DNA of 49,025 nt from Salmonella phage vB_SenS_UTK0006. The notes beneath the pieces are model-generated. The model saw only the letters and a program-made list of their open reading frames with translations, searched no databases and was not told the origin of the DNA. Below, piece after piece: positions 27,901-36,042 of the stretch. The position numbers were made by a program, and so were the translations under genes. How positions within the stretch are numbered: position 1 is the stretch's first letter; the number at the start of each line of letters is the position of its first letter. The DNA is taken from the sequence record OQ359885.1; one strand, 5' to 3'.

Positions 27901-28751
27901 GAGCGTCAGCGGATAGGGCGTTATCAACTCAAATTGGTGATACCCAATCAGCGGTTAACCAGAAACTTGATTCTTGGGTTAACGGTACAAGCGTTGGTGC
28001 GATGTACGGAGTTAAGTTGGGGATCAGGTACAACGGGCAGGAATATAGCGCAGGTATGGCGCTTTCTCTTGTCGCTGATGGTGGCGGAGTTAAATCACAA
28101 TTCCTGTTTGATGCTGGACGATTTGCGATCATCAATAACCAACAGAGCGGAGGATTTACTTTACCGTTTGTTGTTGAGAACAATCAGGTGTTTATAAATA
28201 ACTTACTGGTTAAAAATGGCTCTATTGGTAATGCGCAGATTGCAGATCAGATAAACTCTAACAACTGGAGCAGCGGCGCGGCTGGCTGGATGATTAACAA
28301 GGGAGGATATGCTGAATTCAACCAGATAACGGTAAGGGGTACAGTGTATGCAAACGCCGGATCATTCACTGGTAACGTTTACGCTACTGATGGTTGGTTT
28401 AGGGGTACTGTTTACGCTGAAAAAATCGAGGGCGACGTTGCAAAGGCTGTTGTTCTTGGGTTTAACGGATCGGTTCACATTCCGGCAGTAAACTACAACA
28501 GACACCTTGTGATCCCTTATGTTGGTATTCATGGGTACACATATTCAGGTGGTACGTGGGGCGGCGGTACTGTTTGGGTTGATTCAACATATGGCGGTCG
28601 CCTTGCTAACGTTCAGGCAACTGCAATGCATGGCGGATCAAGTGGTTATGTTCTGTTGCCAGCAGGTAACGCAACTACGCTTTCATATGGTGGAAATCTA
28701 AACCACGCAAACGCAGTACCGATCTTAACAGTTCTGCTATTCAAAGCATAA
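24975..28751 (+). CDS. tail tip/host specificity protein J
   Basis: 1258 aa; MITGSKGGSSKPHTPVEMEDNLISINRIRILLAVSDGEV..., fibronectin-like repeats. Confidence 0.95.
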   Translation: MIKNMITGSKGGSSKPHTPVEMEDNLISINRIRILLAVSDGEVDPDFSLKDLYFDDVPVMNQDGSLNFQNVKAEFRPGTQTQDYIQGFTDTASEITVARDLTAATPYIISVTNKNLSAIRIKILMPRGVTQEDNGDLTGVRVEYAVDMAVDGSEYKEVLHDVIEGKTMSGYDRSRRIDLPAFNERVLLRVRRLTDSTSARVTDLIKMQSYAEVVDAKFRYPLTGLVYVEFDSELFPNALPNISIKKKWKIINVPSNYDPISRTYSGSWDGTWKKAWSNNPAFVLYDLITNQRYGLDQRELGIALDKWSIYECAQYCDQMVPDGKGGTEPRYLCDVVIQSQVEAYQLVRDICSIFRGMSFWNGESLSIVIDKPRDASYIFTNDNVVNGEFTYTFASEKSMYTQCNVTFDDEQNMYQQDVEGVFETEAALRFGYNSTSITAIGCTRRSEANRRGRWILKTNVKSTTVNFATGLEGMIPTVGDVIVVSDNFWSSALTLNLSGRVMEVSGLQVFTPFKVDARAGDRILVNKPDGKPVGRTIARVSDDGKTLTLNTTFGFDVQPDTIFAIERTDIAQQRYVVTGITKGDGDEEFTYNITAVEYDPNKYDEIDYGVNIDDRPTSIVQPDVLPAPENVKIESYSRVVQGASVETMHVSWDKVEYASLYEMQWRKDNGNWNNTPRTANKETEVEGIYAGNYHVRVRSVAANGSASGWSAIVSAGLTGKVGEPERPINLTASDNEVFGIRVKWGMPEGSGDTAYIELHQAPNGADGHPIVDEATLLTLIPFPQYEYWHSILPAGHVVWYKARAVDKIGNVSDWTDFVRGMASDDTSIITDHIKVDIENSDGYKWLQENAIKANDKIHSTAESVIENALANDKDVRRMRVENGKRKAEFLQSLKLIADETEARVTQVTQMSAQFDEKLTAQNSELREVIANSTETISQRIDQLTATFESEIDGVKQDIKAQITDVNQAITNEAEARASADRALSTQIGDTQSAVNQKLDSWVNGTSVGAMYGVKLGIRYNGQEYSAGMALSLVADGGGVKSQFLFDAGRFAIINNQQSGGFTLPFVVENNQVFINNLLVKNGSIGNAQIADQINSNNWSSGAAGWMINKGGYAEFNQITVRGTVYANAGSFTGNVYATDGWFRGTVYAEKIEGDVAKAVVLGFNGSVHIPAVNYNRHLVIPYVGIHGYTYSGGTWGGGTVWVDSTYGGRLANVQATAMHGGSSGYVLLPAGNATTLSYGGNLNHANAVPILTVLLFKA

Positions 28752-28766
28752 AAGGAGGTAAATCAA

Positions 28767-28800
28767 TGCCCTGGCTTAACGGTCGGGGCATTTTGTTTTC
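28767..28800 (+). terminator. putative terminator downstream of J
   Basis: TGCCC tggcttaacggtc GGGGCA TTTTGTTTTC. Confidence 0.45.
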
Positions 28801-29155
28801 TTTTGTTCCATGATGTTCACAACTTAATCCGGCGTAAAATTGAAAACGTCTTGATAACAAAAAGAACAAATGAAATATCTATATAATACATACACTTATA
28901 GTTTAATTATTATTATATATATCTACTTGTATTCTTCTTGTTTCTATTGTTCTCTATGGTTTGTGGTGGTTGTGTGTTTTGTATTGGTTGATGGTTATAT
29001 ATCACATGGTATGTATTTATATATGGTATGCGGCTTAAATGCGTGAACAATGGAACACAAAAACAACAATCAGTAAAATCATAAACTTACGATGTGATTT
29101 TGTTGTCAGTGCATACTTTGAACGTATGCAAAACAAAAAGAACACATAAAACATA

Positions 29156-29183
29156 TTGACTACATGAAACATTCGCATATAAT
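29156..29183 (+). promoter_or_regulatory. sigma70 promoter for the recombination genes
   Basis: TTGACT (29156-29161), 16 nt, TATAAT (29178-29183). Confidence 0.7.
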
Positions 29184-29211
29184 GCAGACATACCAACGAG
29201 AGGATGACCAA

Positions 29212-30267
29212 ATGAGCGATTTTAAAGTTTACACCTTTGACCAGTTAACTAACGATGAATATCACGATCCGAAAGGCTGGGCGGCTGAATACGTTAGCGG
29301 CTCAAGCCTAGCAGAAATCTTTGCAAGTTGTCCGGCAGCGTGGAAGTACAAGCCGCGCGAAGAATCAAAGGCTCTTGTTTTCGGTACTCAGTCACACACC
29401 AACTTCCAGAGTAGTGAGTTATTCTCTAAAGAGTATCGCAGAGCGCCAGCGCCGGAAGATTTCGAAAACCTGATCACAAGCCAAACAGCGCTGGCGAGCA
29501 AATTAAAATCTTTTGGCCTGACTGGTACATCAGGGAAAACGTATCCAGAATTGATAAAGATGATGGTTGATTGCGGGGAAGATTTAAATGTGCTTTGGCT
29601 CATTGAAATGATAGCAGAAAGCCAGGCAAGAGCGGATAATGTTGAATTGGTTCCTGCTAAAGATTATGACGCTTGCGTTTCTATGCGCCGTGTTCTTGAG
29701 GCAATACCAGAGCACAACGCTTGCATGAATAGCCCAACAGCACAACGCGAGCTATCAATTTTCGGCACTATAAAAGGCGTGAAAGTAAAAGTAAGGCTTG
29801 ACCATGTTGATATTTGCAAGGATGTGCTTGCAACGGTAATTTCCGGCTATGACGGTGAAGGGAATCCGGTTTATGAAACCACGCGATTTGATGAAGCGAT
29901 TGTGATCACTGATTACAAAACAACGTCAAGCGCTAACCCAACGGAGTTTTCACGGCTGGCATTTAATCATGGTTACTACTTAAAAATGGCATTGCAGCAC
30001 GACCTATTCAAGAAAGCGTATCCAGAAGAAAAACGACCTATTGTTGTTCGACTTCTGGCGCAAGAAAAGAAAGAGCCGTTTTTACCTATCGCATACCGAA
30101 TGACAGACGAGCAATTGAAGATCGGACGTCTGCAATACATGAGCGTTATCAACCAGTTTGCAGAATGCCAGGCTAATGACGTTTGGCCTTCATATGCAAA
30201 CGGTGAGCCTGAGATTGATCTTCAAACGCCTGATTGGGTACGCAGACAATATAAAGGTTTTTTATAA
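29212..30267 (+). CDS. RecE/exodeoxyribonuclease VIII-like PD-(D/E)XK nuclease
   Basis: VKVRLDHVDICKD...AIVITDYKTTSSANPTEFSRLAFNHGYYLKMALQHDL; next to ERF and SSB. Confidence 0.8.
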   Translation: MSDFKVYTFDQLTNDEYHDPKGWAAEYVSGSSLAEIFASCPAAWKYKPREESKALVFGTQSHTNFQSSELFSKEYRRAPAPEDFENLITSQTALASKLKSFGLTGTSGKTYPELIKMMVDCGEDLNVLWLIEMIAESQARADNVELVPAKDYDACVSMRRVLEAIPEHNACMNSPTAQRELSIFGTIKGVKVKVRLDHVDICKDVLATVISGYDGEGNPVYETTRFDEAIVITDYKTTSSANPTEFSRLAFNHGYYLKMALQHDLFKKAYPEEKRPIVVRLLAQEKKEPFLPIAYRMTDEQLKIGRLQYMSVINQFAECQANDVWPSYANGEPEIDLQTPDWVRRQYKGFL

Positions 30268-30268
30268 A

Positions 30269-30319
30269 TAGCACTTTTTGCTAAAACAGCCATTCGATGC
30301 GTGGTATACTACACGCATC
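30269..30319 (+). promoter_or_regulatory. composite promoter element, site 8
   Basis: TAGCACTTTTTGCTA (30269-30283), 21 nt, TATACT (30305-30310); dyad GATGCGTG/CACGCATC. Confidence 0.75.
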
Positions 30320-30342
30320 AACCAACAAGAGAGGAAATAAAA

Positions 30343-30633
30343 ATGGAACAGCAATTCAATGAACAAGACACTCAAGACGTGCGCGATCATGTATGCGGAT
30401 TTGTAAACGCATTAGGCATTATGCAACGCCAGTTCTTACGAGTAATTGATCCAAGCGAATCACCGGAAACTCTTGAATACGTTAGCAAGGTTGCATATTC
30501 GATTGATAACGTTGTGTTAACAGTTCTTCAAATGGAGAATAACGAAGAACACCGCAAGATGATTAATCAGGCAAGTGAAATCATGATCCAGAATTTGATT
30601 GATTATCACAACGAGAACAAAGAAAAGCATTAA
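30343..30633 (+). CDS. hypothetical protein
   Basis: MEQQFNEQDTQDVRDHVCGFVNALG...; RBS gaggaaataaaa. Confidence 0.65.
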   Translation: MEQQFNEQDTQDVRDHVCGFVNALGIMQRQFLRVIDPSESPETLEYVSKVAYSIDNVVLTVLQMENNEEHRKMINQASEIMIQNLIDYHNENKEKH

Positions 30634-30679
30634 TTAACACGGCGGCGCAAGCCGCCATTATTAAACCGGAGTCAATGAA

Positions 30680-31342
30680 ATGAAATTTTCCGATCAAAAC
30701 GCAAACGTAATTAAGGCATTGTTTGAGGCGCGTCAGTTATTCACAAAAGTAAAAAAGGATAAGCAAAACACGCACCTTAAAAACAAATATGCAACTCTTG
30801 ACAGCGTTCTTGATGCTATTATGCCTGGCCTTACTGATAAGGGTTTATTCCTTACTCAAGATCAGAAAGTTGGCGAAGATTTGAAATCAATGACGGTTTT
30901 AACTCGCTTCATTCACGTTGAATCAAATGAATGGGTTGAATATAGTTTCACGTTGCCAATGCAGAAATTAGATCCACAAGGCGGCGGCTCAACAAACAGC
31001 TATGCGAGACGTTATGCTCTTTGCACGGCTCTTGGCCTGGCAACGGCTGACGATGACGCAAATCTTGCCACCAAAAACGCGCAGGATTGGAAAAAAGATC
31101 TTGATGCTTGCGATAACCTTACAGACTTGCAAGAAACGTTTAAAACGGCTTACAAGCAATCTGACGCGGCTAACAGGAGAATCATTAAAGAGCATTACGA
31201 CAAGCTAAAAGCAAAAATGGAAATCGGAAAGGCTCGCGGTTTTAATCCGGCAGCGCCAGCGGCTAATGTTGCGAAGAAGGAAAATGTTGAAAACGAGCCG
31301 CAACAGGAAGTAAAATCTCAATCTATCACAGACTTTGAATAA
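30680..31342 (+). CDS. ERF-family single-strand annealing protein
   Basis: KKDKQNTHLKNKYATLDSVLDAIMPGLTDKGL...GSTNSYARRYALCTALGLATADDDANLA. Confidence 0.9.
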   Translation: MKFSDQNANVIKALFEARQLFTKVKKDKQNTHLKNKYATLDSVLDAIMPGLTDKGLFLTQDQKVGEDLKSMTVLTRFIHVESNEWVEYSFTLPMQKLDPQGGGSTNSYARRYALCTALGLATADDDANLATKNAQDWKKDLDACDNLTDLQETFKTAYKQSDAANRRIIKEHYDKLKAKMEIGKARGFNPAAPAANVAKKENVENEPQQEVKSQSITDFE

Positions 31343-31380
31343 ATTAACGTGGGGCGGTAACGCCCCAATAAGGATTAAGA

Positions 31381-31806
31381 ATGCACGTAATCACCGGAGA
31401 AATTCGCAAAGAGCCATTTGTAAAGCAAGGCGCAAACGGCACATTATACATCGTTGAGCTTTCGGAGTCATTTAAAGATCGTGAAGGTAATCGACAATAC
31501 ACCAATTACAAATTCTTCTTTAATGCTAAAAGCGACGGCATGAATAATTGGTATCGTGAAGCATTTCAGCAGGGTAAAGTTATTTCTGTATCATGCGATC
31601 AGTTACGCATTGATAGCCAGGAATACAACGGGCAGATTTATAACACATTGACGGCGGCGGGCTTTCCTAATCTTTTATTCAGTCAACGCGGAGAAGGGCA
31701 AGCGCCACAACAGCAGCAACCTCGACAGCAACAACAATCGCCACGCCAGCAAGCGCCTCAAAACAACGAGCCGCCTATGGATTTTGATGATGATATACCA
31801 TTCTGA
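31381..31806 (+). CDS. single-stranded DNA-binding protein-like
   Basis: Q/P-rich linker and acidic tip MDFDDDIPF; follows ERF. Confidence 0.75.
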   Translation: MHVITGEIRKEPFVKQGANGTLYIVELSESFKDREGNRQYTNYKFFFNAKSDGMNNWYREAFQQGKVISVSCDQLRIDSQEYNGQIYNTLTAAGFPNLLFSQRGEGQAPQQQQPRQQQQSPRQQAPQNNEPPMDFDDDIPF

Positions 31807-31812
31807 TAAAAG

Positions 31813-31838
31813 AAAAGGAGCCGAAAGGCTCCTTTTTT
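31813..31838 (+). terminator. intrinsic terminator at a convergent junction
   Basis: AAAAGGAGCC gaaa GGCTCCTTTTTT. Confidence 0.85.
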
Positions 31839-31839
31839 A

Positions 31840-34200
31840 TTACTTAGCAATCTGAATAAACATTGATTGCATTTCCTCGATCATCTTTTTCATTTCTGCT
31901 ACTTCATTTTTTAGCTCATTGATTTCATCTTGTTGCTTCTGAATGGTTTCATTCTGCTTATCTGAATCATCAATCATTTCATTAATTGCGTTAACCAAAA
32001 GAGCAGTTACACCGCCATAGCTAACACCTAAATATTCTGAATCTGAAATCTTGTAAACCGCTTCCGGTAAAACAGTTTGCACGTCTTGAGCTATTACACC
32101 AGCCTCCTCAGAATAGAAAGAATATTCATCTTCATCAAGATTGTTGCGCTTAAAATAAGTGTAACCTTTTATTGATTTCACTTTTTCTTTAGCGCTTTCA
32201 ATCTCTTTTAGGTTTGCTTTCAGGCGAATATCGGAAGTGTTAACCCATTGCACAGCAGACGCATAACCAGCATCATTAAACCCATAAACAGCGCCCCTTA
32301 CATTAAAATGAGCCTCGCAACCTCCAGCGCTATATCTGACAACATCAAGACCAGCAGCCCAATCGCCACCCCATCGAACAACCTTAAAGACGTTTGCGGC
32401 AGCATCATCACCAGGTAACTCAACAAGAAGGCCGCAAGCACGATCGCGCCAAGCATCACAACCTCCAGCGGCAATCTGACCACCAATTAGCGCATTACCG
32501 CCGCCAGTTCTAGCACCTGAAACTCTAATGCCGTTAGCGTTATTATCAACAGGCCATATATTTAAAAGTCCGTTAAGGTGCATGTTTTGAGCATCGAATG
32601 AAGACACATTTCTACCGTTGCACATTACTTGCAAAATGCCATCACCGCCCCACTTAAAGCCTGTATCAGTGTCACCAATTACTAACGCATTACTTCCAAG
32701 CGCATTACCAATACCCCTACCGATAACTATTGAATTGTAATTTAGCGCGTTACCGCTTTCATCAAATTTATAATAGTTTGTATCACCTCCTTCCCTAGTG
32801 ACTTGTATTGTTGATTTTGCTAATCCACCTTGAATTTCGTTGTAAATTCTTGAGTATGAAAGCTGTACATTTTCTGGACTTTTGTTTATTAAATAAAGAA
32901 TTCCAGAGTTTGCAGAGTTTTTTTCTGTTAGGCTTATTCCTCTAAAAACAGGAATGTCATTTTCACCAATGCCAAAGTTATTCCTTGCTTGGCTTACGTT
33001 TGCTGCACCTGTGCCGCCCTGTAGAATTCCAAGAGGAATATACTGTTGCGATGCGATATTCCAGTAACCCCAACCATCGTTACCAACTGTAAGGTATTTG
33101 ATCTTATCCGGCGACCGAATAAACGTTTCACCATCGCCCTGATCAAATCGGTCAATCTGGAAATTAATTCTTGCTTGCGTTACGTTTTCCGCACCAGTAC
33201 CGCCAGCACCAACAGAAAGAGCGGATGTGCTGTTATCGCTATTTCTTGCAACTCGCCACTCGCCGTTGTTTGCGATCCGTAATTCATAAGTCCATGCAGG
33301 GTTACGAAATGAGTTATAATCACCTGGATTTTGCCCCTTAACTGAATTAACAGCCTCAACTTTCAGCGCCTCCCTTGCTAAATCTTTATTAGCAAGATCA
33401 TTAAGATTCTGATCCTTATGCAGAAGGTTTTCAGGGTTAACTTGTTGTGCCCATTGGCGAGCTTCATCACGCGCAGTTTCAGCGCCTTGTTTAGCGTTTC
33501 CGGCTGCAACGTTTGATTGTTCAGCGGCAAGTTGTGATTCCTTTGCTGCATCGCGAGCATTAACAGCCTCGTTTTTAATTGATCCAATTTCAGCAACGGC
33601 GCTATCTTTTATTTGTTGCGTCTGCGTTTTTATTGCGTCAGTGTATGCCTTAATCTGATTGGTTTCATTGACGGCAGCATCCTTAATCTGTTGAGTTTCT
33701 GCAATCGCAGTATCTTTAATTTGCGTAGTCTCAGAAACAGCGGCATCCTTAATAGCTTGCGTGTCGTTTTTTAATTGCTCAGTTGCGGCGCGATCTGCAT
33801 CCGTTTTTTGTGCGGAAGACTCAGCGCGAGCAACAAGATCCTGTAATGTTTTAAGGTCAAAGTTTTTGAAGAATTCAATTGCTTCCTCAATAACCGTTTC
33901 TTTACTTTGGTAATATCTCAGCGTTTCCGCTACATCTTGCGCCATTCCATCGACAGTTAGCGAGTCATTCAACAGGATTACATAATTTCCGTTTGCTACT
34001 GGCTCGCCGTCAGTCTGGATCGCTTTCATTTCCGTGTCGCTTACAATATCGCTGATAACCGCCAGCTTTAAAGGCGTGGTTAAAAAAACGATTGTTGCGC
34101 CAGTGCGAATAAGAGAAAGCGGCTCACGCCATTTTGTGCCAGTACCAGTGATAACGCCTTGTGCGTCCATTGCAGCCGTACCAGTGCGATATAAAGCCAT
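31840..34200 (-). CDS. tail fibre protein with C-terminal S74 intramolecular chaperone
   Basis: VNTSDIRLKANLKEIESAKEKVKSIKGYTYFKRNNLDEDEYSFYSEEAGVIAQDVQTVLPEAVY; QIKD coiled-coil repeats. Confidence 0.9.
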   Translation of the reverse strand: MALYRTGTAAMDAQGVITGTGTKWREPLSLIRTGATIVFLTTPLKLAVISDIVSDTEMKAIQTDGEPVANGNYVILLNDSLTVDGMAQDVAETLRYYQSKETVIEEAIEFFKNFDLKTLQDLVARAESSAQKTDADRAATEQLKNDTQAIKDAAVSETTQIKDTAIAETQQIKDAAVNETNQIKAYTDAIKTQTQQIKDSAVAEIGSIKNEAVNARDAAKESQLAAEQSNVAAGNAKQGAETARDEARQWAQQVNPENLLHKDQNLNDLANKDLAREALKVEAVNSVKGQNPGDYNSFRNPAWTYELRIANNGEWRVARNSDNSTSALSVGAGGTGAENVTQARINFQIDRFDQGDGETFIRSPDKIKYLTVGNDGWGYWNIASQQYIPLGILQGGTGAANVSQARNNFGIGENDIPVFRGISLTEKNSANSGILYLINKSPENVQLSYSRIYNEIQGGLAKSTIQVTREGGDTNYYKFDESGNALNYNSIVIGRGIGNALGSNALVIGDTDTGFKWGGDGILQVMCNGRNVSSFDAQNMHLNGLLNIWPVDNNANGIRVSGARTGGGNALIGGQIAAGGCDAWRDRACGLLVELPGDDAAANVFKVVRWGGDWAAGLDVVRYSAGGCEAHFNVRGAVYGFNDAGYASAVQWVNTSDIRLKANLKEIESAKEKVKSIKGYTYFKRNNLDEDEYSFYSEEAGVIAQDVQTVLPEAVYKISDSEYLGVSYGGVTALLVNAINEMIDDSDKQNETIQKQQDEINELKNEVAEMKKMIEEMQSMFIQIAK

Positions 34201-34212
34201 AATTTCACCTCA

Positions 34213-34270
34213 TAGCATTTTTTGTTAAAATAGGTCATGTAATTATGCTACAGCCATTTGTTACATGCAA
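34213..34270 (-). promoter_or_regulatory. tail-fibre promoter with variant palindrome downstream of the -10
   Basis: minus sense TTGCAT (34265-34270), 17 nt, CATAAT (34242-34247); palindrome TAGCATTTTTTGTTA (plus sense) at 34213-34227. Confidence 0.55.
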
Positions 34271-34294
34271 TAAAAAACCCCGCCGAAGCGGGGC
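34271..34294 (-). terminator. intrinsic terminator
   Basis: minus sense GCCCCGC ttcg GCGGGG TTTTTT. Confidence 0.85.
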
Positions 34295-34360
34295 ATCGTT
34301 AACGACAACGAGAAGTCAATGAAACAGATTCATCGAAAAGTGTTAGTAGCAGGATGAATA

Positions 34361-35287
34361 TTATAATAAGTCACTTGCCTTGTAAAGCCTCCGCTCTATT
34401 CCATTTTTGAATTTACCGTTAATTGGTAACATTACGTCTAATTCGCGATCATCAGCAGCAATCAAAGTATCGCGATCATTAGCATGGCACACAACGCGCA
34501 TTTTGCGATCACCTTTGTAGCGATACGCTACTATTTCAAGATTCGACGCAGAAAAACAAGCCCACACCTCTTGTCCAGTTGCCAAGTGGATGTGTTGCGC
34601 ATCAATCCAATCAACGCAAAGGTAAATTGTTTTGTCAGTCTTGCCAGTTACTGCAACAGAGCCTCGCGTATAATCCTTAGCGTAAAAACTGCTTTGACCT
34701 TCCTCATTGACGAAAAGAATATTACACATATCATCGTCCAATTCATCACTATGCACTAGGTGGCAAGGAATGGCGTGAATATGTTCGCAATATCCGTTGT
34801 CGTGAGTTTTTACGCCAACTTGATACGATTCGCCGTCTAATGGATAAAACGCCTCAAAAACGCTTAGATTTGTTATTTCCATGCGTTCAGTTTTATCCAT
34901 AACCTCAACACATTTTTCATGAGTTGCTTGCGATCCGAAATTGTAACCGGAGTCACGTTTTGCCGCTTTGTTAGCCTTGTTGACAACCTCAACCGGAACC
35001 AGGTTTAACCATTCGCCTAGAGTGTCGATTGCTTCACTGTAATTTTCACCACGTATGCGCATGAATAATCCGATCCCTGAATCATTCCCGCATTGGTTGC
35101 AAATGTTGCCGCCGTCGCCTTTCTCGTTGATTTTGTCCGTCCATCTGAAACGGTCTTTACCTCCACAATAAGGGCATGGTTGATGCTTTACGTTAAAGGT
35201 TAATTGAGGAATATCACAAAGTTTCATCAATGCCGCTTGCCACATTCCGCGCATCTTTGGGATCACTTCTTCTTTCTGGTAATGCAT
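34361..35287 (-). CDS. phage primase-like protein with N-terminal zinc-binding domain
   Basis: NVKHQPCPYCGGKDRFRWTDK...NICNQCG. Confidence 0.75.
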   Translation of the reverse strand: MHYQKEEVIPKMRGMWQAALMKLCDIPQLTFNVKHQPCPYCGGKDRFRWTDKINEKGDGGNICNQCGNDSGIGLFMRIRGENYSEAIDTLGEWLNLVPVEVVNKANKAAKRDSGYNFGSQATHEKCVEVMDKTERMEITNLSVFEAFYPLDGESYQVGVKTHDNGYCEHIHAIPCHLVHSDELDDDMCNILFVNEEGQSSFYAKDYTRGSVAVTGKTDKTIYLCVDWIDAQHIHLATGQEVWACFSASNLEIVAYRYKGDRKMRVVCHANDRDTLIAADDRELDVMLPINGKFKNGIERRLYKASDLL

Positions 35288-35303
35288 TTCTCAACCTCCA
35301 AAT

Positions 35304-35337
35304 AAAAAACCTGGCACGATGATAAACCATGCCAGGC
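35304..35337 (-). terminator. intrinsic terminator
   Basis: minus sense CCTGGCA tggtttatcatcg TGCCAGG TTTTTT. Confidence 0.8.
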
Positions 35338-35345
35338 CGGAATTT

Positions 35346-35954
35346 TTAGCAATCAGTGCTATCGACGGAAATCACAACGCGTTTCTTCTGATTGGCTTCC
35401 TTTGCTTTGCGCCGTTCTTCTTTCGCCTTGTCTCGTTCAGCCTTGCGCCGCGCTTTCTCCTTCTCGCGTTCTTCTGGACTCATAGACCGCAACGGATCGT
35501 AAGGCCGCACAAATCCTCTTGCTTCCGCTTCCTCTTTGGTTACAAATCGCATCAGCTTTCTGTTGCTGCAACGATTCTCTAATGGCTTGCCGTTATTATC
35601 AAATTTGATATCTGGACGGCAATATGAAGCGCGGAAGCCGTTAAAACCTTTGCGTCGGTAATCTTTCTGGATCAGTTCAGCGCCTTTAGTTGAAATCATG
35701 CCGCGCTCTTTCCATCCCCATACTGTTTTAAGGTTAACGCCAATTTCACGCGCCAGGGCAGCGCAACCGCCGTAAGCGTTGACAACTTCATCAAGACGCG
35801 CTTTTAATCCGGCTCTTACTTCTTCCTTTAATACAAGATAACCGCTAACAGGTGCGCGACGTTTACGATCTTTACCACGTCTTACGCCGTTGTTACCATT
35901 GATTGTGCGTTTGTCGATTTCGCCAGTTGAGGCAGCAATTTTGATTTCGCTCAT
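35346..35954 (-). CDS. putative DNA-binding protein with Cro/YdaS-like HTH
   Basis: VVNAYGGCAALAREIGVNLKTVWGWKERGMISTKGAELIQKD; Lys/Arg/Glu-rich C-terminus. Confidence 0.6.
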   Translation of the reverse strand: MSEIKIAASTGEIDKRTINGNNGVRRGKDRKRRAPVSGYLVLKEEVRAGLKARLDEVVNAYGGCAALAREIGVNLKTVWGWKERGMISTKGAELIQKDYRRKGFNGFRASYCRPDIKFDNNGKPLENRCSNRKLMRFVTKEEAEARGFVRPYDPLRSMSPEEREKEKARRKAERDKAKEERRKAKEANQKKRVVISVDSTDC

Positions 35955-35965
35955 ATTTTCACCTA

Positions 35966-36007
35966 TAGCACTTTTTGCTAAAAAACTTGATTAAGTTTGT
36001 GTATGAT
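35966..36007 (+). promoter_or_regulatory. composite promoter element, site 9
   Basis: TAGCACTTTTTGCTA (35966-35980), 21 nt, TATGAT (36002-36007); dyad AAACTT/AAGTTT upstream of -10. Confidence 0.7.
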
Positions 36008-36042
36008 ATGCCGCAAATGGCATTTAGTCAAAAGGATAAAAA

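Noticed and set aside
24975-34200. Diversity-generating retroelement acting on gpJ or the S74 fibre
   Set aside because: No reverse transcriptase ORF and no template/variable repeat pair was seen near either gene.
35346-35954. Classical CI-type lysogeny repressor
   Set aside because: An HTH-like segment is present, but there is no integrase, excisionase or cleavable repressor domain in the window; the protein is retained only as a candidate regulator.
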